Shown here in pieces: positions 1 to 8,150 of a stretch of DNA of 34,058 nt (the first letter of the stretch is position 1; each line of letters opens with the position of its first letter). The notes beneath the pieces were generated by a model, which was not told where the DNA came from, did no database searches, and was given only the letters and a program-made list of their open reading frames with translations. The stretch is taken from the IMG/VR virus record IMGVR_UViG_3300032320_002496, positions 1 through 34,058 of that record; one strand, written 5' to 3'. This DNA is from a virus (lineage: Duplodnaviria > Caudoviricetes). The position numbers and the translations under genes are program-made.

Positions 1-120
1 GCTACATTCTACTATGCACTTTTAAGTGAGACTCAAAGTCAATTACAACAAGGTAATCTAACTATGACAGGTCAAGATTATGCTCTTTGGGTAACAAATG
101 ATTATGCTTACAATTGGGTA
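1..120. repeat. Direct terminal repeat, left copy (circular assembly overlap)
   Basis: 1-120 is identical to 33939-34058, and an ORF reads through the junction. Confidence 0.95.
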
Positions 121-203
121 GCTACACAAATTGATGTAACAATTGTTGGTGATTATGTAGAAGTGGTAGAAAATTAGTATATTTGTTACAAATTTAAATA
201 TAT

Positions 204-350
204 ATGTTACAACTAAGCGAAAAAGACCTGAACGAATTACAGGCATTTATCAACAAAATCCCAACTGAATTTGGGTTGCCATTGTTAAACTTCTTTGGTA
301 AGTTAGCAGAAGACCAAAAGCCTAAAGAAGAGCCTAAAAACGAAGACTAA
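204..350 (+). CDS. Small hypothetical protein, 48 aa (MLQLSEKDLNELQAFINKIPTEFGLPLLNFF...)
   Basis: ATG at 204, TAA at 348-350, directly abutting the next ATG at 351; below the ORF-track size cutoff. Confidence 0.7.
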   Translation: MLQLSEKDLNELQAFINKIPTEFGLPLLNFFGKLAEDQKPKEEPKNED

Positions 351-524
351 ATGCAACAAGATAGCAGCCAAGCTTTAATCAATACCGGCGTATCAATGAC
401 CGCCGCGACATTGTCAGTAACCCAAGCGCAACCTTTTGTTACTTTAGTAGCCGGCTTGGTTGCTATTATTTCCGGTTTTATGGCAATAAGGTATTACTAC
501 AACGCCACAAAGAAAATAAAATGA
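351..524 (+). CDS. Small membrane protein, putative holin (57 aa)
   Basis: MQQDSSQALINTGVSMTAATLSVTQAQPFVTLVAGLVAIISGFMAIRYYYNATKKIK: hydrophobic helix plus basic C-terminus; ATGA overlap with the next gene; lysis context. Confidence 0.6.
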   Translation: MQQDSSQALINTGVSMTAATLSVTQAQPFVTLVAGLVAIISGFMAIRYYYNATKKIK

Positions 525-709
525 AATTTTTAAATAGTATTTATGGATCATGGCTTAAGCTTGTCTTTACGGCAATACTTACCATGATTATTAGTAAAGG
601 TAATATTTATGAGGTAACCTTAGAAGAGTGCATAAGCGCCGCCGTAATATCTATTTTACCTATTATTATAAACTGGCTTAATCCAAACGACACACGTTAT
701 GGGAAATAA
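521..709 (+). CDS. Putative holin (two TM segments)
   Basis: Two hydrophobic segments, C-terminal WLNPNDTRYG; upstream of the spanin-like gene and endolysin. Confidence 0.65.
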   Translation: MKFLNSIYGSWLKLVFTAILTMIISKGNIYEVTLEECISAAVISILPIIINWLNPNDTRYGK

Positions 710-1199
710 AACAAGACTTTTTTTAATTTACTTAGTTATACTTTTGGCCATATTAATTACCGCTTGCAACCCATTACGTAAGGCCGAGCGCTTAGTTTTA
801 AATAATAGAGACGCTAGCAATAGAGTTTTTAACACCTTGGCCCTAGAGCGTCCATGCGCTAACGATACTATGGTAGTAACCTTAAGCGATACCACAATAC
901 TACAAGACACCATTGTAGACTATAAGCGCGACACAATAAACAATGTAATTACCTTAACCGAGAAAGGCAAAACAATAGTTAAGACTATTAAGGTGGTAGA
1001 CATTAAAACTGCTTATGTGCAAGATATGCGCATGATAGGGATTCTAAGCGATTCGGTGCGATTTTACAAGGTTTTATATCAAACTGAGTATAAGTATAAG
1101 CAAAATGCCGAAAGCCGTTTTTGGTGGCTTATAATCGGTTTAGCGGTTATATTTATTTTAAAACGTTATTTATGGTCATTTCTCAACACCTTGTCTTAG
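699..1199 (+). CDS. Putative unimolecular spanin (lipoprotein with C-terminal TM helix)
   Basis: Signal peptide with lipobox ITA-C23, a beta-rich middle, and C-terminal TM FWWLIIGLAVIFIL; lies within the lysis cassette. Confidence 0.6.
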   Translation: MGNKTRLFLIYLVILLAILITACNPLRKAERLVLNNRDASNRVFNTLALERPCANDTMVVTLSDTTILQDTIVDYKRDTINNVITLTEKGKTIVKTIKVVDIKTAYVQDMRMIGILSDSVRFYKVLYQTEYKYKQNAESRFWWLIIGLAVIFILKRYLWSFLNTLS

Positions 1200-1621
1200 C
1201 CGAACTTATTAGATCCGAAAGCGCCAAGCGTCACGGCATTAATAATATGCCAACTCCAGAACATATTGAAAACCTAAAAGCTTTGGCCGAAAACATATTC
1301 GAGCCTATACGTATTGAGTTTAGAGTGCCTATTTACATAAGCAGCGCTTATAGGTCGGCTAAACTTAATAAGCTTATCGGGGGCGTAAAAAATAGCCAGC
1401 ATAATTTTGGCGAAGCCATGGATTTAGACATGGATGGCCACTCACACGATATTACTAATAAAGACATATTTGATTTTATTGTAGCTAAGCTACCATTTGA
1501 CCAAGTAATTAACGAGTTTAACTATTCCTGGGTACACGTTAGCTATAAAAAAAACGGCCCACAAAGACGTCAAGTCTTGAAGGCCGTTAAAAACAATAGC
1601 GGGGGAACTATTTACTTATAG
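1172..1621 (+). CDS. Endolysin, peptidase M15 family (Zn peptidase)
   Basis: SSAYRS...SQH-x6-D...WVHVSY motifs; likely start MVISQH at 1172. Confidence 0.88.
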   Translation: MVISQHLVLAELIRSESAKRHGINNMPTPEHIENLKALAENIFEPIRIEFRVPIYISSAYRSAKLNKLIGGVKNSQHNFGEAMDLDMDGHSHDITNKDIFDFIVAKLPFDQVINEFNYSWVHVSYKKNGPQRRQVLKAVKNNSGGTIYL

Positions 1622-1970
1622 CATGTAAAATTGTAGAATGATCTTTTTTTAAATAACTAGCAATAGAAGTACAAGTATAACCATTTTGATAAGCAATTTT
1701 TATAAATTCATGCCTAATATCAACTACATGTCTTTTTCTAGATTTATTACTTACCTCGTTATAGCTTAATAAGTTTTTTGTAAAATAAACTTCCGCCCAT
1801 ACTGATATAGGTGTTTTTGGCTTAATTCTACGCTGAATATATTTTTCAACTTCTACTATCTTTTCTATTATTTTAGGCTGAAGCCTAGGCTCAAGCATTA
1901 CCTCAATACGCTTTAAAGCGTGATCATTGCAGCCAGTGTAAAGCTGAATGTATTTAAGAATTTCCTTCAT
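1608..1970 (-). CDS. Protein with C-terminal DnaA domain IV-like helix-turn-helix
   Basis: SRKRHVVDIR...TSIASYLKKDHSTILHA resembles the DnaA C-terminal DHSTV-H signature. Confidence 0.7.
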   Translation of the reverse strand: MKEILKYIQLYTGCNDHALKRIEVMLEPRLQPKIIEKIVEVEKYIQRRIKPKTPISVWAEVYFTKNLLSYNEVSNKSRKRHVVDIRHEFIKIAYQNGYTCTSIASYLKKDHSTILHAISK

Positions 1971-2136
1971 CGTTAATTTTTACTTCGTCAAATAATCCGA
2001 TAATCTCGCTTATTTTAATCCACTTTATAAAAGTTTCAAAACTTTTTTCGTCGTTTTGTAAAAGATGCGTAAGCTGGCCTACTAACTTAACTTTTTCAAT
2101 GATAGTAAGTTCTTGCCATTGTTGGTGATTTGCCAT
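1954..2136 (-). CDS. Hypothetical protein (60 aa)
   Basis: ORF tightly packed in the leftward operon. Confidence 0.65.
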   Translation of the reverse strand: MANHQQWQELTIIEKVKLVGQLTHLLQNDEKSFETFIKWIKISEIIGLFDEVKINDEGNS

Positions 2137-2138
2137 GG

Positions 2139-2255
2139 TTATTGGTTTTTGAATTTTGAAATAATAGTAGCGATTAAGTATAACGTAATTGCTAGCGGAA
2201 ATGATATGAACGTAAAAAATAATAGTTCATAAATAAAGATTAAGTAGTGCCTCAT
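2139..2255 (-). CDS. Small membrane peptide (38 aa, MRHYLIFIYELLFFTFISFPLAITLYLIATIISKFKNQ)
   Basis: Translated by hand; ATGA coupling to the upstream ORF; almost entirely hydrophobic. Confidence 0.5.
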   Translation of the reverse strand: MRHYLIFIYELLFFTFISFPLAITLYLIATIISKFKNQ

Positions 2256-2380
2256 AAGCTTTCTAATAATGCGGTTATAATTAGCGCAAAGCATATAATA
2301 ATTACTGCATATACCGGCTTGATACTTTCTTGAGCGTAACGCTCGTTTGCCTTTTGTTGGGGGCTTTTTAACTTGTTCAT
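2252..2380 (-). CDS. Small membrane peptide (42 aa, MNKLKSPQQKANERYAQESIKPVYAVIIICFALIITALLESL)
   Basis: Translated by hand; first gene after the promoter-like element at 2404-2411; C-terminal TM helix. Confidence 0.6.
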   Translation of the reverse strand: MNKLKSPQQKANERYAQESIKPVYAVIIICFALIITALLESL

Positions 2381-2402
2381 AGTTTATTGATTTGATTATG
2401 AA

Positions 2403-2416
2403 ACAAAGCTAAAGTA
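2403..2416 (-). promoter_or_regulatory. Bacteroidota-type -7 promoter element (TAGCTTTG), leftward
   Basis: ACAAAGCTAAAGTA is identical to 6852-6865; its reverse complement contains TAnnTTTG. Confidence 0.6.
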
Positions 2417-2440
2417 AAGAATCCAAATAAAAAAATATTT

Positions 2441-3667
2441 TTAATAAATTTTTTTAAAATGACTTAAAGTAAAGTCTTTTTTGTTTTGTACCATACTATA
2501 AATGCGATCTTCTATGCCGCCGGTGGTGAATATCCAAAAAACACGCGAAGCGGTTTTTCTGTTTTGAGTTTGCATCCTGGCTCTACTTTGCCAATAACTT
2601 ACCGCGCTAAAGTCTATATTATACATAACCAAAGCATCCGCCGTGCTTAAGTTTATACCCTCACGCCCGCTTTGTATTTGACTTATAAACACCGCGTCGC
2701 CCATTGCCTCATTAAAAGCCATAGGATTATCGTAAATGCGTCCTACAAAGTCGACTCTTAGCTGCATACCCTCGGCAATATACTTATAAAAAATAGCTAT
2801 CTTTTGCCCTTTAAATCGCTCTTTAATAAACTTGGCCTTAGTATCGTCAAACATTAAAGCATTACCATCCTCAGTCTTAACCGATCCGCTACATATTTGG
2901 TGTATCTTTTGCATCTCTTTAACCGAGGTGTCAGCTAGTACTACTTTACCATCTTTAGTCTTAAATAACTTATCCTTCTTAATCTTATCAACGGCCCACT
3001 TAACCTTATCCGACATAGGTACGTAAAGAATAACTTCTTCAACTAAAGACTCAAATCCGGCCTCTTCTTGCGTATAAGTTAACAATAAGTGTTGAATTTC
3101 GGTTTGGATTCTTTCTTGTTTAACGTGTGTATAGTCCGGCACTTGCATATTATATAAAAACTTTGTCTTTGGAATGCCATACTCTTTATGCCAGGAATAA
3201 AAGTTTTTATGTTCTTTAAACGGACTATAACTACTAACATAAAATTGGTGGTAAAATTGTGCGTATGTTTCGGGCGATGGTGTACCGCTTAAATATATTA
3301 CCGGTTTCCCTAAGCATATCTTCTTTAATTCCGTTACGCGGTTGCTCGGCTTTGGATATTGCCCCAAAGCGTGCGCTTCGTCTACTATAATTAAATCGTA
3401 AGTATGTGTTATCTTATGTAAGCTTTCGTAGTTAATAACCAGTAAATCATATAAAAAACTGGACTGCTTAAAATCATCTTCAATGCTGCTTATAGCTTTT
3501 TTCTTAGTGACAAATAAAACCTTCTTTGCTCCATATAAACTAGCAATGTGCAAGCTTGTTATAGTCTTGCCCGTACGCACTTGCATAGCTAAATAAACTA
3601 ACTTAAATTCTTTAAGTATGTTTATGGCTTGCTCCGCAATGTCTACTTGGTAGTCTCTTAGTTGCAT
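2441..3667 (-). CDS. Superfamily II (SNF2/ResIII-like) DNA helicase
   Basis: Q-motif LRDYQ, Walker A RTGKT, DEAH, SGTP, SGREGINL, QSRARM. Confidence 0.9.
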   Translation of the reverse strand: MQLRDYQVDIAEQAINILKEFKLVYLAMQVRTGKTITSLHIASLYGAKKVLFVTKKKAISSIEDDFKQSSFLYDLLVINYESLHKITHTYDLIIVDEAHALGQYPKPSNRVTELKKICLGKPVIYLSGTPSPETYAQFYHQFYVSSYSPFKEHKNFYSWHKEYGIPKTKFLYNMQVPDYTHVKQERIQTEIQHLLLTYTQEEAGFESLVEEVILYVPMSDKVKWAVDKIKKDKLFKTKDGKVVLADTSVKEMQKIHQICSGSVKTEDGNALMFDDTKAKFIKERFKGQKIAIFYKYIAEGMQLRVDFVGRIYDNPMAFNEAMGDAVFISQIQSGREGINLSTADALVMYNIDFSAVSYWQSRARMQTQNRKTASRVFWIFTTGGIEDRIYSMVQNKKDFTLSHFKKIY

Positions 3668-3835
3668 ATTAAATGATTCAAAAAGTAAAGTTATTGACTT
3701 ACTTTTTTATAATGTATGTCAAGTTGTAGCTTTACTTTATGTAAAAGATAAGACCGACAAGTCACATAATTACTAAAAAAGTTTCTCGCCGGCCTTTTGC
3801 CTAATCATTTTTAATTGGTCAAAGGCTATCCAATT

Positions 3836-4108
3836 CTATATTAAGCCGTCTTGTAATGGCTCGTCTTCTTTTTGATCCACACGCCTATAACCCTCCTTCC
3901 ATAAAATGCGTGTAAGCATAACGGAGTTTTTAACTATGGTAGCTTCCGAATTTCGAGGATATAATAAGTGCAACACTTCATGTATTAAGATTTCCAGGTG
4001 CTTTTTGCCTTTAAGGCGTTCGTCGATTTCTATAACGCCGTCGCTACTAGCAAGGCCATGCGCTTGCTCGCGTCCGAGTTTACGATATATAATCTTTATT
4101 TTAAGCAT
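3836..4108 (-). CDS. Small HExxH metallopeptidase-like protein
   Basis: LIHEVLH motif preceded by IEID strand. Confidence 0.6.
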   Translation of the reverse strand: MLKIKIIYRKLGREQAHGLASSDGVIEIDERLKGKKHLEILIHEVLHLLYPRNSEATIVKNSVMLTRILWKEGYRRVDQKEDEPLQDGLI

Positions 4109-4298
4109 CCTTTTTTAATTCTATTTCATCAAGCCTATCTATTTCATCACTAGGAGTAAATATAACTTGCCCGCCACGAACTTTAGCTAGGTATCTTCTT
4201 ATCTCAATTTCTATGCCGTGTACTTCGGCAAGCTTATTCGTAAGCCACGTTTCTTGTTCCGATAATTTCATTTTGTTAAATAACTTTGGTAGTTTCAT
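4101..4298 (-). CDS. Hypothetical protein (65 aa)
   Basis: ORF overlapping both neighbours in the operon. Confidence 0.65.
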   Translation of the reverse strand: MKLPKLFNKMKLSEQETWLTNKLAEVHGIEIEIRRYLAKVRGGQVIFTPSDEIDRLDEIELKKDA

Positions 4299-4515
4299 AC
4301 TCTAGTTTTATTAGTAGGTCTATATAGTGCCTAGCTTTTTTTAAATCTTCGATGCCGTTTTTATTTTTATGTCTCATTACATACTTAATAATATTTCCTT
4401 CAATAAAAGGAATACTATTTGTATGGATAAATTCGGTTGGCTGAATCTTATAAATCTTATAATGATCGCCACCTACTTGTCTGTCTTGCGGTGAAATTTC
4501 CCACACGTCTTGCAT
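4276..4515 (-). CDS. DUF3310 (SaV / T7 gp1.7-like) protein
   Basis: QVGGDHYK...GNIIKYVMR...KNGIEDLKKARHY signature; start uncertain. Confidence 0.85.
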   Translation of the reverse strand: MQDVWEISPQDRQVGGDHYKIYKIQPTEFIHTNSIPFIEGNIIKYVMRHKNKNGIEDLKKARHYIDLLIKLEYETTKVI

Positions 4516-5204
4516 TTGTAAATTAATTTAATGGTTCCGCTTGCTAGTATTTGTCTGCTATGTTTTATTAATTCATCCGATCCACACTCCGGGCAAGTAC
4601 CTTTATACTCACCAAAGATAACGCCGTAGTGCGTCTTAGCCGGTATGTGATTATTCAAAAGCTTATGCACTTTCTCTAAAAGTATTACGTCCATGATACA
4701 ATATTTAACCATCTTAGCAAGTGCAACCTTATCATTCTTTAAGGCGATGTCCTTCCATAAATCAAATTCAGTTTTAATCTTTTGTCCAATGCCTAAATAC
4801 TGCGCAATGTAATTAAGTTTATTAGAGTTAAACTTAAACTTTGATCGTGCAACTTTTAGTGTGTCAATCGTTGTGTAACTAGGGAACATATCTATTCCAT
4901 GAAATAAACAACGAGTGCGAACCCAGGCTAAGTCAAACTTATCGCCGTTATGTCCTATCGTTTCGTCGGCGGTATTTAATACTTTGATAAATTCAACAAG
5001 CATTTTTTTATCATTCTGTTTGCTATCCCACGTTAACGAGTGCGTTTCTTTTTCATCCTCCCACTTATAACAGATACAAATAATTGCACGCTCTTTAATA
5101 ATATTTTGTGGCCCGATGTTAAGCTTATACCCACTTTGCCAAAAGAAACCGATATTCGCTGAGGTTTCAATGTCAAAGTATAATCGTTTTCTTTTGGTTA
5201 TCAT
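4473..5204 (-). CDS. RNase H-fold 3'-5' exonuclease (YprB/PolB-exo-like) with C-terminal Zn ribbon
   Basis: FDIET, HNGDKFD, YCIMDV (DEDDy) motifs; CPEC...CKTC. Confidence 0.85.
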   Translation of the reverse strand: MITKRKRLYFDIETSANIGFFWQSGYKLNIGPQNIIKERAIICICYKWEDEKETHSLTWDSKQNDKKMLVEFIKVLNTADETIGHNGDKFDLAWVRTRCLFHGIDMFPSYTTIDTLKVARSKFKFNSNKLNYIAQYLGIGQKIKTEFDLWKDIALKNDKVALAKMVKYCIMDVILLEKVHKLLNNHIPAKTHYGVIFGEYKGTCPECGSDELIKHSRQILASGTIKLIYKCKTCGKFHRKTDK

Positions 5205-5217
5205 GGTGCTAAGTTAA

Positions 5218-5967
5218 TTACTTTTTATGAGAAAGTTGGTAACTAAATTCTTTTGGCTTATCTCCTTCATGTTCCGCGTGCCATAATTGTTGGACGGCTT
5301 GAAATAAAGACCATTGTTTAGTCGTGTCCATTTCGGTCACCATTTGCCATCCTGGGCCTTGTACTACTCCGTTCTTGCCAAAAGTCCTAGTCTTTGCATT
5401 AAGCCATAAAATAGCCACGCCGTCAATATTTGGCATAGTATTGCCATGGTCTACGCTTGCGTTATATAGTTCACGATAAGCCGCCAATTGTAGCCAGTAA
5501 CTATTATAAATGCCGTTACTTGTTTTAATGTCAAGTACATAAGTTTTGCCGTCAATAGTACAAACGCGGTCAATAGTTCCCGCAAAGCCTAGGCCACCGC
5601 CAATAAAAGTTTGCTCAATTAAGTGATGCTCCGGTTTGTGGTTAGTGCTAAATTCTACGTAACGCTCAAACATAGACCATTCGTCCAATGAGTACTTAGG
5701 CTTGCCGTATTCATCAAGTAAAGTACATTCAATGCCATTATCGTAGTCTTCGGTTAATTGATGCACCGCCGAGCCGCGCTTGCCGGCTGCGTCTCTAATT
5801 TCATCGGCTTTAGATCCTACCTCTTTCATCCACATAATAAGTTGCGCTGGCTTTGGGTAGGCCTCTAGCAAGGTAGTTGCGCTAGGGAAGTAGTTGCCGT
5901 TTTCGTCAGTATAAAAACGGCCGTCCTTAAAAGTAAGTTGGTTTGATACTAGATTTTTAATTAACAT
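5218..5967 (-). CDS. PD-(D/E)XK nuclease (Cas4-like/recombination exonuclease)
   Basis: PSATT, RGSAVH, AGTID, LDIKTS, LQLAAY motifs. Confidence 0.85.
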   Translation of the reverse strand: MLIKNLVSNQLTFKDGRFYTDENGNYFPSATTLLEAYPKPAQLIMWMKEVGSKADEIRDAAGKRGSAVHQLTEDYDNGIECTLLDEYGKPKYSLDEWSMFERYVEFSTNHKPEHHLIEQTFIGGGLGFAGTIDRVCTIDGKTYVLDIKTSNGIYNSYWLQLAAYRELYNASVDHGNTMPNIDGVAILWLNAKTRTFGKNGVVQGPGWQMVTEMDTTKQWSLFQAVQQLWHAEHEGDKPKEFSYQLSHKK

Positions 5968-6152
5968 ATAATTTCTTTAATGGTTACTTCCTCAGTTTTT
6001 TCTTTACCTCCGTTGACTGCTAGTTGTTGTGCTACCTCTTCGGCTTTTTCTAAAGTAGCAAAACCTTGTATAAACTTGCCGTCTATTCTTATAAAGTATC
6101 TTGTCTCGTTATGTAACAAATTTGTTTCGCTTGTAATTTTTATTACTGGCAT
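5961..6152 (-). CDS. Hypothetical protein (probable start MPVIKIT)
   Basis: ATG at 6152 after an A-rich leader, downstream of a terminator-like hairpin. Confidence 0.65.
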   Translation of the reverse strand: MPVIKITSETNLLHNETRYFIRIDGKFIQGFATLEKAEEVAQQLAVNGGKEKTEEVTIKEIIC

Positions 6153-6174
6153 AAAATATTTTTTTATTGGTTTT

Positions 6175-6205
6175 AAAAAGTGTGGCTTTTTGTACGGAAG
6201 CCACA
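6175..6205 (-). terminator. Putative rho-independent terminator after the SSB-like gene
   Basis: TGTGGCTT...AAGCCACA stem followed on the minus strand by CTTTTT. Confidence 0.6.
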
Positions 6206-6228
6206 AACCGCTAACCAATAATCACCAA

Positions 6229-6819
6229 CTAAAAAGGTGTTTCGTCTTCGTCTAAGACAATATTGTTATCGTTTGAATCAGCAAATAGTTTAAATGCCAT
6301 TTGCTCTAAAAATTGCATCATGTCGCTATCGTCCCATTGCTCTTTGCCTTTTACCTTAATCTTTACCATTTGTGGTAAGCCGTTAGGGTTTTCTTTAGTG
6401 TAAGCCGGTGCGATTTTTTCGCCGTCCTGGTACAATGTAACGCCGGTAATTGTTTTAGTAGCGTCATTCTTGTCCTTCATTGCCCATGGCATAAAGCGTA
6501 AATCTTTACTAACGTCTAAGTTTGGCAAAGCTTTTAAAAAGCTTGATGCGTAACGGCTAGAGTATGGCAAGCTAACTACATAGCTTGCATCACCTTCCGC
6601 AAAATGTAACTGCCATTGCGTACCATAGTCATTCGTACGCGTGGTAATGTTTTCTAGCTTTGCGGTAAGATCCTTAAACCTTTCCTCAAAGACTAGCTTG
6701 CCGGTTTTTGTTAAGCGCTCCGATGTGCGCTCGTTTGCTTGTTTGTGTTGGCGTACTAAGTTGCCGTCCGCAACACTGAGGTAAGTTGTGTTAACACCTC
6801 CTAAATTTGATAAAGCCAT
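6229..6819 (-). CDS. Putative single-stranded DNA-binding/annealing protein
   Basis: Beta-rich, with acidic tail ending DEDETPF typical of SSBs; adjacent to the exonuclease. Confidence 0.6.
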   Translation of the reverse strand: MALSNLGGVNTTYLSVADGNLVRQHKQANERTSERLTKTGKLVFEERFKDLTAKLENITTRTNDYGTQWQLHFAEGDASYVVSLPYSSRYASSFLKALPNLDVSKDLRFMPWAMKDKNDATKTITGVTLYQDGEKIAPAYTKENPNGLPQMVKIKVKGKEQWDDSDMMQFLEQMAFKLFADSNDNNIVLDEDETPF

Positions 6820-6851
6820 AATATAAAATGTAGTTTGTTTTGACTACAAGG

Positions 6852-6916
6852 ACAAAGCTAAAGTATTTATTTTGAATAAAAAAACTTTTTTTTTAAATTT
6901 ATTTTATCTATGTTTG
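6852..6916. promoter_or_regulatory. Divergent early promoters
   Basis: TAGCTTTG on the minus strand (6853-6860) and TATGTTTG on the plus strand (6909-6916), in the AT-rich gap between divergent operons. Confidence 0.6.
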
Positions 6917-6934
6917 CAGCAAATTAAATAAATT

Positions 6935-7809
6935 ATGAATCACGGATCTTTATTTAGCGGTATCGGAGGCTTTGACTTAGCCGCAGAATGGGCCGGATGG
7001 AATAATATTTTTCATTGCGAGTGGAATCCGTTTGGCCAAAGAGTTTTAAAACACCATTTTCCAAAATCAATATCATACAATGACATTACTAAAACAGACT
7101 TCACTATTCACAAAGGAGCAATTGATATCTTATCCGGAGGGTTCCCATGCCAACCATACTCAATGGCCGGACTTAGAAAAGGAAAAGAAGATGAACGCCA
7201 TTTATGGCCAGAGATGCTTAGAGCAATTCGAGAAATTCAACCAAGTTGGGTGGTGGGCGAAAACGTTAGCGGGCTTATTAATTGGGGGGGGGGGTGGTAT
7301 TCAATGAGGTGCAAACTGACTTGGAAACTGAAGGGTACGAAGTACTCCCGTTTCTACTTCCAGCTTGCGGCGTCAACGCTCCGCACCGAAGAGACCGAAT
7401 TTGGTTTATTGCTTACACCAACAACGAGAGAGGAAATAGTAGACTTAGAAAAATTCAAACAGAGAATGGAAAAGTATCCGAATGGTACAACGATGCCGAA
7501 TTTAGCAACGCAAGTAATGACTTTACTTCCGACACCTCAAGCAATGGAGGGCGGAAAAATTACGGGCTTAGAGAATCAAGACTCATTAACGAAAAGAGCA
7601 AGACAAATGAGTGGCAAAATTTCCCAACTGAATCCCCGCTTTGTGGGGGAGATGATGGGATTTCCAAAGAGTTGGACGGAATTACCTTTTCAAAGTGGCG
7701 TAACGAATCAATCAAAGCATACGGAAACGCAATAGTTCCGCAAGTAGCATACGAAATTTTTAAAACCATAAAACAAATAGAACATGAAAAAAGAAACCCG
7801 CGGCCGTAA
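6935..7809 (+). CDS. C5-cytosine DNA methyltransferase alpha subunit, frame interrupted at poly-G 7284-7294
   Basis: Motif I FSGIGG, IV GFPCQ and VI ENV lie in the 6935 frame; VIII HRRDRIWFIA and X GNAIVPQV lie in the 7282 frame; one extra G joins them into 291 aa. Confidence 0.85.
7080..7735 (+). CDS. Overlapping alternative-frame methyltransferase beta subunit (variable region + motif IX), interrupted by the same poly-G
   Basis: With G12 the 7080 ORF joins WYSMRCKLTWK...LPTP...LNPRFVGEMMGFPKSWTEL (motif IX-like), giving 218 aa. Confidence 0.72.
7284..7294 (+). repeat. G11 homopolymer inside the methyltransferase locus
   Basis: ATT-GGGGGGGGGGG-TGG, exactly at the frame break. Confidence 0.9.
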
Positions 7810-7924
7810 GGCGCTACCCACAAAAGAGAAAAAGCAACCATTGTACATAATGGTAAAGCAAAAGTTTATTAAAGAGGTACACCCAAAACTTAAAGAACTT
7901 GAGAGAGAGTATTCTACAAAGTAA
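7784..7924 (+). CDS. Small basic protein (46 aa, MKKETRGRKALPTKEKKQPLYIMVK...), possibly DNA-binding
   Basis: Translated by hand; fills the gap between the MTase and VRR-NUC; RGRK AT-hook-like start. Confidence 0.55.
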   Translation: MKKETRGRKALPTKEKKQPLYIMVKQKFIKEVHPKLKELEREYSTK

Positions 7925-8147
7925 GGTGATCCGACACTTTGAGTTGCTCGGCTATTATGTAGTAAAAATTATACAATGCAACAAAAACGGAATGCCCGAC
8001 CTTATGCTTCTTAAAGATGGTAAGACATTCTTTATAGAGTGCAAGGCCGAGAAAGGTAGACTATCCGAGTTGCAGAAATACCGGCATGAGCAACTGCAAG
8101 AACTAGGATTTGAGGTAAGAACAATTTACAAAATGCAAGAAATTTAA
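7899..8147 (+). CDS. VRR-NUC domain nuclease (Holliday junction resolvase-like)
   Basis: ESILQ...GMPDL...FIECK...GRLSELQ motifs. Confidence 0.9.
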   Translation: MRESILQSKVIRHFELLGYYVVKIIQCNKNGMPDLMLLKDGKTFFIECKAEKGRLSELQKYRHEQLQELGFEVRTIYKMQEI

Positions 8148-8150
8148 CCA

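Noticed and set aside
1-120. Terminal repeat as a biological DTR
   Set aside because: It falls in the middle of an ORF and its length fits an assembler overlap; it indicates circularity only
5218-5967. Cas4 as evidence of a CRISPR system
   Set aside because: Stand-alone PD-(D/E)XK nuclease beside an SSB-like gene, ordinary for phage recombination modules; no Fe-S cysteine set seen
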